Assembly: GCF_030684315.1 (NCBI RefSeq)
Contig: NC_081358.1
Span: 48,714,116 to 48,778,115, forward strand
Origin: Stegostoma tigrinum
Taxonomy: Eukaryota
Length of the DNA: 64,000 nt
Reading direction: 5' to 3'
Positions within the stretch are counted from its first letter, which is position 1. Every line of letters begins with the position of its first letter. Both the position numbers and the translations under genes were made by a program. The notes beneath the pieces were generated by a model that searched no databases, was not told the DNA's origin, and was given only the letters and a program-made list of their open reading frames with translations. Shown here piece after piece: positions 25,513 to 37,449 of the stretch.

Positions 25513-26869
25513 AATAAAACCAAACACATAAACCTAATCCACTAACAATACATTTTCCATTTAGAAACTTTATGGCCTTGAGGAGATAACATTGAATTCC
25601 ATAACTTCAGAAATTGACTGGATAATGTTTGTTTCCATTTTTCATATACCGCCACCATACCCCTCCCCACACCACTTTGGCTTTGATTTGTTTGTGTCAT
25701 TTACTTTGCTCTCGGTATTGAGGACCCATTTCCAAATATCGCTTGTACGTATACACCCTATTTTATATCTCTATTTCTCTTTCATAGCAATGAACAATCC
25801 CTTTGTATTTTGCACTGAGACTTCAGACCATCTGTTCCCTCGTCCGTCTGCCTCTGTCAAGAATATTGAAAAGAAATTCCAACTCCCTTTTGTGTTATGA
25901 AGATATATTGGATTCGAAAAGATAACTGTTTCTCTGTCCACCGATGCTATCAGACCTGTTGATTTTATCCAGTGTTTTTCTGCGAATCACTCTCCCTTTT
26001 TCAGCCTTCACACGTATGATGCTGCTGCATCAGTCAACAGTGATGGATTGGACAATAATCCTTGAATACACAAATAGAAATCATAGAACCTTAATAGGAT
26101 CCACCATTCATGTTACATTTACTGCCTATGGGAGAAAAGTAAAGCTATTACATATGAAAAATATACCTTGTTTTCTGTGGAGATTTTCCAAATTCCCTAA
26201 TGTATATTGGAACAAGAGATTGGCAGAATTCTTGGGAAACATGGACAATGGAGATTCAGGCCCATAATTCAAGAGGTTGAAAGTTGTATCTCTGGTAAGA
26301 CCCTTGCCTGTTCTAATTGCTTGTCACACTCAAATTCCTTCATCTCATTTCAAAACAGAGATCTAAAAGAACAAAGGATATTCCCTCGACACTTAAAATA
26401 CCAAAGAAGTAAATGTGTGTCATCCCACAAGTGACCTTGCTGTAAACATATCTAATTTTGCTTACAATTCTGCTTTTTAGCTTTAAAGTGCTGTACCCCA
26501 ACCCTGCTGTAGAGGCATAAAATGCTTGACATGAAAATCTGTGCATCCTGTTTGCTGACCTCAGATATGCCTGAGCCCACCTGAATTCCTGAACCTGAGT
26601 CAGCAAAGGTAGGGTTAAAGATAAGGACGCTAGTCCGGAAGTTGTCTAACCAGAATGGATAGAGTCACAGAATGATATTCCACCCTCGCTTATTTGGGAG
26701 TTTCATGCCAGTATGGAGCAGACATCTGCGTGACTGCCCAAATGTATTTCATTCATGATCAATCAACCAACAGCCAGTGATCATCTTCACAGGCCAATCA
26801 GGTTTTGCCTTCAACGATCCCAAAGCGAGGGGCTAGAGTCAAGCACATTACACCACTCAATAAACGTAT

Positions 26870-27146
26870 ACAGTGACTCTCAGTGGTTAACACCGCTGTT
26901 TCACAGCGCCAGGAACCTGGGTTCAATACCACCCCCAGGTGACTGTGTGGGGTTTGGGTATTCTCCCCGTGTCAGTGTGGGTTTCAACAGGTGATCCGGT
27001 TTCCTCCCAGAGTCCAAAGACATGTGGGTTAGGTGCATTAGCCAAAGGAAATGCAGGGTTACAGAGGTAGAGGGGGGATGCCCTTTGGAGGGCTGGTATG
27101 GACTTGATGGGCTGAATGGCCTGCTTTCACACTGTAGAGATTCTAT
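26870..27146 (+). mobile_element. HE1-type SINE
   Basis: CTCAGTGGTTAACACCGCTG...GGGTTCAATACC...CACTGTAGAGATTCTAT. Confidence 0.85.
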
Positions 27147-27202
27147 ACCTTAATTCCTTGATTCATTAAACCCCTTACACTACAGGGCATCGCTTGCATA
27201 GC

Positions 27203-28150
27203 CATAAGAACGGAAAATGTAACAGTAGAAATGGACCATTTGGCTGATTGAGTCTGTTCTCCTATTCCATGCAGTCATGGCTGATCTGATTATCCTCAAC
27301 TCCATTACCTTGCCTTTTCCCTATAATTCCCTTGATTCCCTTTTTGTAAAAATGTGTCTGCCTCAGCCTAGATGAATCAAAGTCTACAGCTTCTGGTACT
27401 AAGAATTCCATAGATTGACAACCTCTGATGGAAGAAGTTCCTTCTCATCTCTGTTTTAAATGGGTGACTCTAACTCTGAGATTACACCCTCTGGTCCTAG
27501 ACCCTTCCACAACAGGAAACAAGCACTCAGCATCTACCCTGTCAAACCCCTAAGAATCTTACATAGCACAATAAGGCCAGTTGCCATTTTTCTAAACTCT
27601 GTAGAATCTAGGTCCAACCTACTCAACCACTCCTCATAAGAAAATACCTGGGATTAACCGAGTAAACTTCATCCGGACAGCATATGATGCAATATTTTTC
27701 TTTAGATACAGGGGCCAAAACTGTTCACAGTAATCAGCTGTGGTTCAACTAGTGCCCTGCACTGATTTGCCAAAACATATCTATTTTTATTCTCCATTAC
27801 TTTTGAAATAAATGCCAACATTCCATTTGCATTGCCTGTTGCCCACTGAACTTGCATGCTAGCTCTGCGTGATTTCTGGACTACAACACCAAACTCACAC
27901 TGTGCTGCAACTTTCTGCAGTCTTTGTCCATTTATATCATACTAAATGCCTCCATTCTTCCTGTCAAAGTGCATAACTACATATCTTCCCACACGATATT
28001 CTATCTGCCACGTTTTTGCCCACCCACATAACCTGTCTATATCCTTCTACAGACTCTTGGTGCCATCCATGCCACTCATCCTCCCATCCAATTTTGTGTG
28101 ATCCAAAAACTTGACAATGCTAAATTCACTTCCATCATCTAGATAATGAA
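27203..28150 (-). mobile_element. Old CR1 LINE 3' portion
   Basis: CATAAGAAC-type tail and GAATTCCATAGATTGACAACCTCTGA (reverse of QRVVNLWNS). CCAAAACTGTTCACAGTA (reverse of YCEQFW). Confidence 0.8.
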
Positions 28151-30759
28151 TGTATACTGATGGCAGTCTGGAAAAGGTGATGACAACGCTGTGCTACACA
28201 CCCTCTAAGAAGCTGGTAATAATAAATTAGCTAAAAATGCACTTCAAATAAAATTGACCATTACATATTACTTATCATTATGATGAATTAGGGATGAAAG
28301 CTGCATACTGACTATAGCGCTTGGTTTTAGTACATAAGTTGAACATATTTGGGCCAGATCAGACAGAATCTGTCTGTGGGAATTTACAAACCACCTCCTC
28401 CAGCTACACCTGTGGCAATGTCAATCAGAATAGGATCACTGACTGACTAATCCATTGTATTATAATCCGTACTTCTGGCAAAAGACTCTCAGAAACATGA
28501 AAAAAGATGATATTCAAAAGTTACCATGGGTGAGTGGGACAATTCTTATAGAAATTCAACTGATTAATATTGCGAACAATCTTCTAAAATAAGCAAAAAC
28601 GGGATCAGTTGTTACAGTTATATGTAGCTGTGTGCTAAAGTATTAATTATCCTGTTCAAGTTGATTCTGTCAATGGCTGTAGGTCCATGGGGGCATGTTC
28701 CCATTCATGTTAAGACAACTTGTAGCTGACCACAGTTTAATCTTTAGTTGACAAAATTACTGGTACTGCCTGACATTATATCCAGGGTAACTGCTTAGTT
28801 CAGAACATTTACCCTGCAGAAAACAAACATTTGATCGAACGGAGCTTGCTTTTGCATGTTATTTCAGAGATATGCACGTTGAAGAGATAGATGAGTACAA
28901 TATTATTTCAAGAAAATAGGATATGAATTCATCTTCTCCCATTAAAACTGTTGGGAGTTTTTATTAAGAATGCAATGGATTTCAGATCTCAAGCTAGAAC
29001 AGACAGACTTTGATTCTCACACTGTCATCTTGCACTGTATGACAAAATGTCTTATTTCATTCAAATCATTATTTTTTACAAGTAGCAATTACAGTGATTA
29101 CTTTGTATTAGTCAATCTGCCCCAGGGTTTAGAGGGCAACACAGTCAGATCGCATTTCTACAGCCGTGCATTTTCATAATTTTTGGTTGGACTGAAAGTT
29201 ATTATTACAATTTGATAAGCTAAGGAAAATGTATTTGCTCAGTAGACAAAGGATTCCTAAACTTGGTAAGAAACTGGGTTCAGCAAATGTAACAAAGCAC
29301 AGCTGCAAATGTCTGAACAAAAGAAGCAGGATTTGCAATGTCAGTGGACATAATGTCTATCGCGTTCTCTTATAAATGTTCTCAGCTAATTCACCTTAGT
29401 TTTCAAATCATTATCTTGAAAAGGCAGTTGAGTACAAGCAATGTTATTTAGAGCAATTATGGTAGCTAAAAGTACATACCTGAATTTGGAAATTAATTGC
29501 TCCGTGTATTAAATTACCTCTGGTATTGATGCATTACTAATTTGTAATTTAGCGGATGGCTTCTGCTGGATAAGGGATGGAGTCAAAATGTGTGAGATGC
29601 TACTGTGATAGTCTGCATTATCACCAGAAGCAATGCAATGTCACTTGATCTTGCTCTCTCACTTGCAACCTCGTGGTAAGATGAAGCTCTGGTAAGATGT
29701 TTCTTGAATAAATTTGTTGCTCTCCCTACCTCAGCAGACTCTGTCAACATTCTTTAGCAACACAATAAGACCAAGAATATTATAGTTTTGAGTGCAGTAA
29801 TGCTGAAGACCCCCAATGGAATTATTAACTTTAATTCCCAGCACAGTACCTTACCAAAAGTGTCAAGTCCTCTACCAGCTTCCCACCTTATTCCAAATGA
29901 TAACACATCATAAGTGTCATACACTGTTAGTCATCATTGAATCAGTGGCTGTAGTTTGAGACCCACTGGAAAGTGAATGGTGTCATACGTCAGCTGAAAC
30001 ATTCAAGTGAATTTTTCACAATATGTGCTGAATTTTACACTGGAGAAAGATGTTACTGGTGGCTCTTTCAGTGCAGCAGCACTAGCTCCTAAGGTGACCA
30101 TTGCTGGGACTTTTTGGGAAGTCTGTTGTGATAAAGCTAGACTTTGAGGTAAATCTGGAGTCTCACCAGGCCCTGAGGTGTAGGGCAAAGAGTTTGGGAG
30201 CTGGGGTTGGTGCATGACATGGGGCTGGGCCCAGCCAGGAGGAGGAAGATGAGGGTGGGAGGACTCTGATTGGCACAGATAAACTGAAAAGAAGGAATAA
30301 GTACTCAAGTCTTGCCACCAGCTCACGCTGTGAAAGATAGCAGGGTGGAGGTTAAGCACTGGCCTACCTCCATGCTGGATAAAATCCCAGAGGCAGTGCA
30401 GGAGACCATTAAGTGGCTACTTATTGGTCACTTAACTTCATCAATTGATCCACAGGCAGACAAGCCTGATCCCCCGTAGTAGTACTCCAACCACTGGTGG
30501 CTTGACACTAGCAGCAGAAATCCAGCATGGTGTCCAATTTTTAAATGTGTCACTTGCATGTCATCCCTGGGGAGGCCCTAAAAATAGCCCCACAAATATT
30601 GACAGCATCTTTCCACCATTTTTTTAATAGACAGACGAAAACAAGCAAGGGCTGTTTGTGATACCAAGTGACCTGTGAAGCCCAACGACAGGTTTGTTAA
30701 ATACAGTATGGTCTACAAGAGCCATCTTAGCCTCATAAATGACAGGACAAATCTGTCAC

Positions 30760-31400
30760 AGGAGGCATTTTCACTTCTACTGGTACGTCTACTGTCCACT
30801 ACAAATCTGGCTTCTTTCACTGATATTTCTGGAGCACTTATCTTTCCTTCCAGCTCATAAATACAAAAACAGAGAGGTTATGATGGATCCTTTATTAAGC
30901 ATTTGTTTGTCTTTGCATGGAACATTGTACCCATTCAAACTTTAGGAAAGATGTTAAAACCTGAGTGAAGATGTGGAAAATATTGACGAGAATGAATTTA
31001 AGGACGAGGGAGTTCAGTTATGTGAATAGACCAGGCAAGTTCTCCTTCGTGAAGTGAAAACTGCGAGAGATGTTCAAAACCAAGGGGGAGCCAGGCAGTC
31101 AGAATCTGTTCTCATTGATAGATGCAGTGAGAATTGCACAAATTTAAGGTGAATAGCAAAAGAACCAAAAATGACATGAGGAAAAACATTATGCAGTAAG
31201 TGGTTATGATCTGTAATGTGCTGCCTAGGACTCTGGTGAAGGCAGACTCAGTTGTAGTTATCGAAGGAGAGTTGCATAAGAGCCTTAAAGGAAAACATTT
31301 GCAGGTCTGTGGGGAAAAGCCAGCGACTAGTATTCAGTGAGTTCCATTCAGAGAGTTGACATGGACTTCAAAGGCCAAGGGACCTCCTTCTGCCATTCTA
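30760..31400 (+). mobile_element. Highly decayed CR1 LINE 3' portion
   Basis: AAATACAAAAACAGAGAGGTTATG and ATGCAGTAAGTGGTTATGATCTGTAATGTGCTGCCT motifs. Confidence 0.6.
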
Positions 31401-32272
31401 CCCTCCTCTTCACAAACTAGTGCAAACATCAAATAATCTTGGTGTATAATAAGTAATATAAAAATTGACATACAAGAGCATAATATCATCCTGTCAAAAA
31501 GAATTGCATAATGTGAAATAAACTAACACTTCAATAAAGAAAATGTACTGTCTTTCATGGTTTGTTGATCATTGGCAGAAATAAGGCTTGTGATGATCAG
31601 GTACAAAATGTGGGAATGTGAGCAGTCATTGACTCAATAGCTCCAAATGTTTAGTAATGTAAAGTTTCAATGCAGGATGAGATCATTGGTCCTGACATGT
31701 CAAAAGAAATTGGTGGAAATGACAAATCAAAGGGCAAAACCATGCAAAAAGATTTGAGAGTTCTGTGAAACACATGGCCACATCCTTCATCCACCAAACA
31801 CAGCAGTGAAGAATCAGTTACTGAGTTTAAAGATACCATTGGCAGCAAAGGACAGGAGAGAGAAGTCCCATGCCAAAGCATTTCATACAGGAATGAAAGA
31901 AAACAATTACTTAAGGACAATGATTCCAATTACAGTGAGTATTGGAACAAGGTATGAAAAGATACCAAATGTGTGTCCAAATACTCCTGACATGATGGTT
32001 AGAAAGAATTCAATAGTTGAGATAGCAGCATTAGTTAAGCCTGGCATTGCATCTACAATTGCTTGACAAATAACCCGAAGCTAATCTAAAGTTTGCCAAA
32101 TAATATTTAGTGCAACCCTCAGCACCAAAGGTTGCGCCCTTTTAACAGTCTCAGCAATTGGTAATTTGAGAAGCAATTCCATGCTATGCAACTGGATAAA
32201 GACTAACCAAGATAATAAAATGTGAGGCTGGATGAACACAGCAGGCCAAGCAGCATCTCAGGAGCACAAAAG

Positions 32273-32304
32273 CTGACGTTTCGGGCCTAGACCCTTCATC
32301 AGAG
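32273..32304 (-). ncRNA. Minimal hammerhead ribozyme motif (mirror of 33185-33216)
   Basis: Exact reverse complement of the plus-strand motif. Confidence 0.65.
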
Positions 32305-33184
32305 AGGGGGATGGGGGGAGGGAACTGGAATAAATAGGGAGAGAGGGGGAGGCGGACCGAAGATGGAGAGTAAAGAAGATAGGTGGAGAAGGTGTGGGTG
32401 GGGAGGTAGGGAGGGGATAGGTCAGTCCAGGGAAGACGGACAGGTCAAGGAGGTGGGATGAGGTTAGTAGGTAGCTGGGGGTGCGGCTTGGGGTGGGAGG
32501 AAGGGATGGGTGAGAGGAAGAACCGGTTAGGGAGGCAGAGACAGGTTGGACTGGTTTTGGGATGCAGTGGGTGGGGGGGAAGAGCTGGGCTGGTTGTGTG
32601 GTGCAGTGGGGGGAGGGGATGAACTGGGCTGGTTTAGGGATGCAGTGGGGGAAGGGGAGATTTTGAAACTGGTGAAGTCCACATTGATACCATATGGCTG
32701 CAGGGTTCCCAGGCGGAATATGAGTTGCTGTTCCTGCAACCTTGCAAGGTTGCAGGAACAGCAACTCATATTCCGCCTGGGAACCCTGCAGCCATATGGT
32801 ATCAATGTGGACTTCACCAGTTTCAAAATCTCCCCTTCCCCCACTGCATCCCTAAACCAGCCCAGTTCATCCCCTCCCCCCACTGCACCACACAACCAGC
32901 CCAGCTCTTCCCCCCCACCCACTGCATCCCAAAACCAGTCCAACCTGTCTCTGCCTCCCTAACCGGTTCTTCCTCTCACCCATCCCTTCCTCCCACCCCA
33001 AGCCGCACCCCCAGCTACCTACTAACCTCATCCCACCTCCTTGACCTGTCCGTCTTCCCTGGACTGACCTATCCCCTCCCTACCTCCCCACCCACACCTT
33101 CTCCACCTATCTTCTTTACTCTCCATCTTCGGTCCGCCTCCCCCTCTCTCCCTATTTATTCCAGTTCCCTCCCCCCATCCCCCT

Positions 33185-33216
33185 CTCTGATGAAGGGTCT
33201 AGGCCCGAAACGTCAG
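33185..33216 (+). ncRNA. Minimal type-I hammerhead ribozyme motif in PLE pLTR
   Basis: CT-CTGATGA-A-GGGT-CTAG-GCCC-GAAA-C-GTC-AG: intact CUGANGA/GAAA core, GUC triplet and palindromic ACGT at stem III. Stem I is only 2 bp. Confidence 0.68.
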
Positions 33217-35021
33217 CTTTTGTGCTCCTGAGATGCTGCTTGGCCTGCTGTGTTCATCCAGCCTCACATTTTATTATCTTGGAATCTCCAGCATCTGCAG
33301 TTCCCATTATCTCTAAAGACTAACCAAGTTTGCCAAAGATAATAGCTGTGTAAATGGCACTAGGGATGTAAGAAGTTCTGAATTGAGGGGATGTCACATT
33401 TTGAAGAATATGATTGTAACCCTGACATCCAAGATGGTGCCAGTGTTCAAGTTCCATTGTTGAAATTATAGTTAGAGTCTATCCAGAGGCAGCAAACCTG
33501 TTTCCATTGATTTAACATAAAAACAACTCCACTAATAGGAGGGAAGTTAGCTGAAGTGAGTGCATGTCCATGGATGCAAAATATCTCATGCAGTATCAGG
33601 AAATGTCATCCTGTTTAATGAAAGCTACAAAAGACTGCGTTAAGGTGCAACTGGTCTCTAACATTAGATTGGTAGATTGGGAAAAAAAGTGTTGTGAAAC
33701 ATCTCAGTGAAGGTCACAATCATAGAGGAGCTAGATCCTGTAACTGGGGCATGATCATGAATCTGTAAGACCTGTTGGTACAGTCTGGTACTTGGTTCAA
33801 TCCATCTCCAGTAACAAAGTAGTGATGTCCCACTTGTTCAAAGCATTGTCCACTGTGTGTTCTGATTTTGTTCACCAGAAGACATTTGTAAAGCAAATTG
33901 ACAGCTCTATAATTGTGCATCATAACACTGAGTTGGGTAACCAGTTCATACACATTATAAACTAAATTACATTCCAGGGATGTGGCCACAATTTTTGTAC
34001 TGAACTTAACTTGTGTAGTTCAACAGATAGAACTCTGTTATAATACAAGTGGCTGAGGCTGAGAGATGGGCTTAGTATCAAAAGGAAGTGGTGACTGAAA
34101 CAGTGTGGAGGATTACTGACATCTAACAAGTTATACTTATTTCTCAATCAAGCCTATATTTCTAACCAGATATTGTTGCACCATGCTGCAACCATACCAG
34201 GATTCTTCATAGGCACACTTCTCGCTTTCTCTTTTCTTGTCCCTCTCACAGAAGTGGACATGAATATCTGTACGTATTTAATCATGACTTGAAGAGATCA
34301 TTAAAAGAAGTATTTTTACTTTGCTACATGCTACATGAATGTTTCTTACTGTCTCACACAGATGTCAATGGATAAAAGAAGTATAATCAACCTAAACAGT
34401 TAGACTACATTTTCAAGATAAACATTAAAAAGTGACATAATTTAATCGGGATTACGTGTCACTGCATCCCCTTCAGAGAAAGAAAACTATTATATTATGG
34501 CATTCACAAAACATTACCACAAAGTTGGCTTGCCTCATTGTAGTAGCTCCTTTATGCCTAGTCTTGAAATTATCTGTATTGCCAGCCGATTTAACCGAGA
34601 GGATAAATGCATTATTCAGCAAGGAAAACAGTCTCACAACTCCTGCCATTGACCCATGCCTGCAGCATGAGACAGCAGGGCAACGTCTATAATCTGTGAG
34701 CATTCCCTGAGTTCGGGCAATCATTGATTGCACTATTCAGCCTCCACTTCACAATATGTTGTCTCTTTGTCAGCTGGAAAGAAGATTTATTCTCACAATT
34801 TCCAGCAACACAGGCCAGTTCCATGTCAGCAAATCCCTTGCTTCAGTGGCACGCTCATAATTAAAGGTGAGAGAGGGCCAATAAGGGAGGCGTTGAGAGT
34901 TATAGTTTTAAGAAATTGTGCAAAATGTTAATATGGCCAAAACAAGACATTGTAACTTCAAACAATCATTGACTTTATCACTGTTCAGGAACAACAGGAA
35001 GCATAAAAACCTGATGGGGAC

Positions 35022-35240
35022 AAAAAGTTTGCACCTTCTCCCCATGTCTGCATGGGTTTGCTCCAGTTTCCTCGCACAGTCCAAAGATGGGCAGGCTAGG
35101 TGGATCGGCCATGCTAAATTGCTCTTAGTATTTTGGGTGTGCAGGTTATAGGGAAATGGGTCTGGGTGGGATGCTTCAAGGGGTGGTGTGGACTTGTTGG
35201 GCTGAAGGGCCTATTTCCACACTGTGGGGAATCTCATATT
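35022..35240 (+). mobile_element. HE1-type SINE, 5' truncated
   Basis: AGTTTGCACCTTCTCCCCATGTCTGC...GGATCGGCCATGCTAAATTG...TTTCCACACTGTGGGGAATCT. Confidence 0.85.
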
Positions 35241-35303
35241 AACTGTGTTTTGTTGTGCTTAATATATTCACATCGGAAAGAAACTGAGCTAGTTAATCCT
35301 CAA

Positions 35304-36079
35304 CCATTGCATCCGGTGTGGCTATATCTACATTGGGGAAACCAAGCGGAGGCTTGGGGACCGCTTTGCAGAACACCTCTGCTCGGTTCGCAACAAACAA
35401 CTGCACCTCCCAGTCGCAAACCATTTCCGCTCCCCCTCCCATTCCTCAGACGACATGTCCATCATGGGCCTCCTGCAGTGCCACAATGATGCCACCCGAA
35501 GGTTGCAGGAACAGCAACTCACATTCCGCTTGGGAACCCTGCAGCCCAATGGTATCAATGTGGACTTCACAAGCTTCAAAATCTCCCCTTTCCCCACTGC
35601 ATCCCAAAACCAGCCCAGTTCTTCCCCTCCACCCACTGCATCCCAAAACCAGCCCAGCTCGTCCCTTCCCCCCACTGCATCCCAAAACCAGCCCAGCTCA
35701 TCCCCTCCACCCACTGCATCCCAAAACCAGTCCAACCTGTCTCTGCCTCCCTAACCTGTTCTTCCTCTCACCCATCCCTTCCTCCCACCCCAAGCCGCAC
35801 CTCCATTTCCTACCTACTAACCTCATCCCACCTCCTTGACCTGTCCGTCTTCCCTGGACTGACCTATCCCCTCCCTACCTCCCCACCTATACTCTCCTCT
35901 CCACCTATCTTCTTTACTCTCCATCTTCGATCCGCCTCCCCCTCTCTCCCAATTTATTCCAGAACCCTCTCCCCGTCTCCCTCTCTGATGAAGGGTCTAG
36001 GCCAGAAACGTCAGCTTTTGTGCTCCTGAGATGCTGCTTGTCCTGCTGTGTTCATCCAGCTCCACACTTTGTTATCTTG
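35304..36079 (+). mobile_element. 5'-truncated PLE (GIY-YIG, 39-bp repeats, pLTR with hammerhead-like motif at ~35984-36015)
   Basis: HCIRCGYIYIGETKRRLGDRFAEH...EQQLTFRLGTLQPNGINVDF followed by the standard tail. No clear TSD seen. Confidence 0.92.
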
Positions 36080-36146
36080 ACAATCTATGGTGTAGCAGGA
36101 AGGCAACAAGAGGTATCAAGAAAGGTTGATGTACTCAGCTAAGATG

Positions 36147-36940
36147 TCATAGACTCAGAGTCATACAGCACGGAAACAGACCCTTTGGTCCAACCAGCCC
36201 ATACCGAAAGTGATCCCAAACTAAACTAGTCCCGACTGCCTGGTTCTGTCCCATATCCCTCCAAATCTTTCCTATTCATGTACCTATCCAAATGCCTTTC
36301 AAACATTGTTATTATTCCCACATCCACAACTTCTTCAAGAAGTTCATTCTACGTGTGAATCACACTCTGTGTGAAAAATTTGCCCCTTGTGTCTTTTTTA
36401 AATCTTTATCCTGTCACCTTAAAAATGAACCTTTAGTCTTGAAATCCCCCATCCTAGTGAAAAGACAACAACCATTAACTCTATCTATACCCCTCACTAT
36501 TTTATATACTTCCGTAAGGTTGCCGGTCAAACCTCCGACACTGCAGTAAAAAAAAACCCAGCTTAACCAGCCTTTCTTGATAACTCAAACCTTTCATAAC
36601 TGGAAACATTCTGGTAAATCTCTTCCAGACCCTCTCCAGCTTAATAATGTCCTTTCTGTAACTAGATGACCAGAACTGGACACAGTATCCCAGAAGAGGT
36701 CTAACCAATGTCCTGTATGACCTCAACATGACGTACCAACTTCTATACTCAAAGGACTGAGCAATGAAGGCAAGTGTGCTGAATGGATTTTTAATCACTC
36801 TGTCTATATTTGATGCAAACTTTAAAGAATTGTGTACCTGAACCCCTGGGTCCCTCTGTTCTACAACACTACCCCAAGCCCTACCCTTGATTGTATAAGC
36901 CCTACCATTGTTTGTTGTACCAAAATATAAGTCATACCAA
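36147..36940 (-). mobile_element. CR1 LINE 3' portion
   Basis: ORF 36502-36963: YRTLVRPLLGYCVQFWSSSYRKDIIKLERV. Tail TCATAGACTCAGAGTCATAC. Confidence 0.92.
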
Positions 36941-37449
36941 TATAACATTTTCTTCCACTTCATGGTCTAGTTGGCCGTTGACAAGGTGATAGAGAGAGAA
37001 TTATTGGGTAATTATGCTCAAAGTTCTATCCCTGTCTCAAAACACATTAAAATTTCCTGGAATTGGCAATACCCAACTTGCCTCCTCCTGCTGCAAGCAG
37101 ATACAATGAGGGGACAAAATTTGTTAGAAACTCGTTGCCCTTCTGGCTGCAGGTACAGAATGCCTCTGGGAAGGGGCTTTCAGACCCGTATGATGCAGGT
37201 CAGACCAGCTCATTCAATATAGGTCACAAATCATTGGAGTTTAAAATAGTTCAATTAAAGGACCTTGCTTGTAATATACAACAACATCATGTAAATAAAA
37301 ATGTTATAGTCAGATTTCAAAATCTTTGAAGTTCTTTTACAAAATTTGCTCAAACATTTATAAAATATCCATGAACATTTTTTTTGAAAAATGACTTTGT
37401 AGTTTTGTTTAAGTTTTATAGGTCATATGGGAAACCCAGCAAGAGCTTG

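Larger units (their letters stand above)
32207..33313. mobile_element. PLE-derived perfect palindrome (2 x 538 bp, no spacer) plus 31-bp tail extension
   Basis: Centre CCTTG|CAAGG at 32744/32745. The ORF track shows identical proteins at mirror coordinates on both strands. TSD TAAAGACTAACCAAG at 32197-32211 and 33314-33328. Confidence 0.97.
31883..34260 (-). pseudogene. env: Endogenous foamy-virus (spumaretrovirus)-like env relic, TM subunit; interrupted by the PLE at 32207-33313
   Basis: Colinear minus-strand motifs compared with remembered prototype foamy virus Env: KRKR/EV furin site (34222-34233); LHTVSV vs LHDISV; VYELVTQLSVMMHNYRAVNL vs YYELVIPKHIYLNNWNVVNI; DCTNRSY vs DCTRQDY; LSLANLVSL vs LRLPHLVGI; IAETVKRAQPLVLRVAL vs IKEQIERAKAELLRLDI; DAMPGLTNAAISTIEFFLTIMSGVFGHTFGIFSYLVPILTVIGIIVL vs DVWPAAASALQGIGNFLSGTAQGIFGTAFSLLGYLKPILIGVGVILL. 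Many stops and frameshifts. Confidence 0.82.

Noticed and set aside
32258-33231. Pairs of identical 168-aa and 138-aa ORFs on both strands as duplicated genes
   Set aside because: A direct consequence of the DNA palindrome; low-complexity translations of the PLE tail.
35590-35735. Regular ~39-bp repeats as a CRISPR-like array
   Set aside because: Tandem units lack unique spacers and lie inside a PLE in a vertebrate genome.
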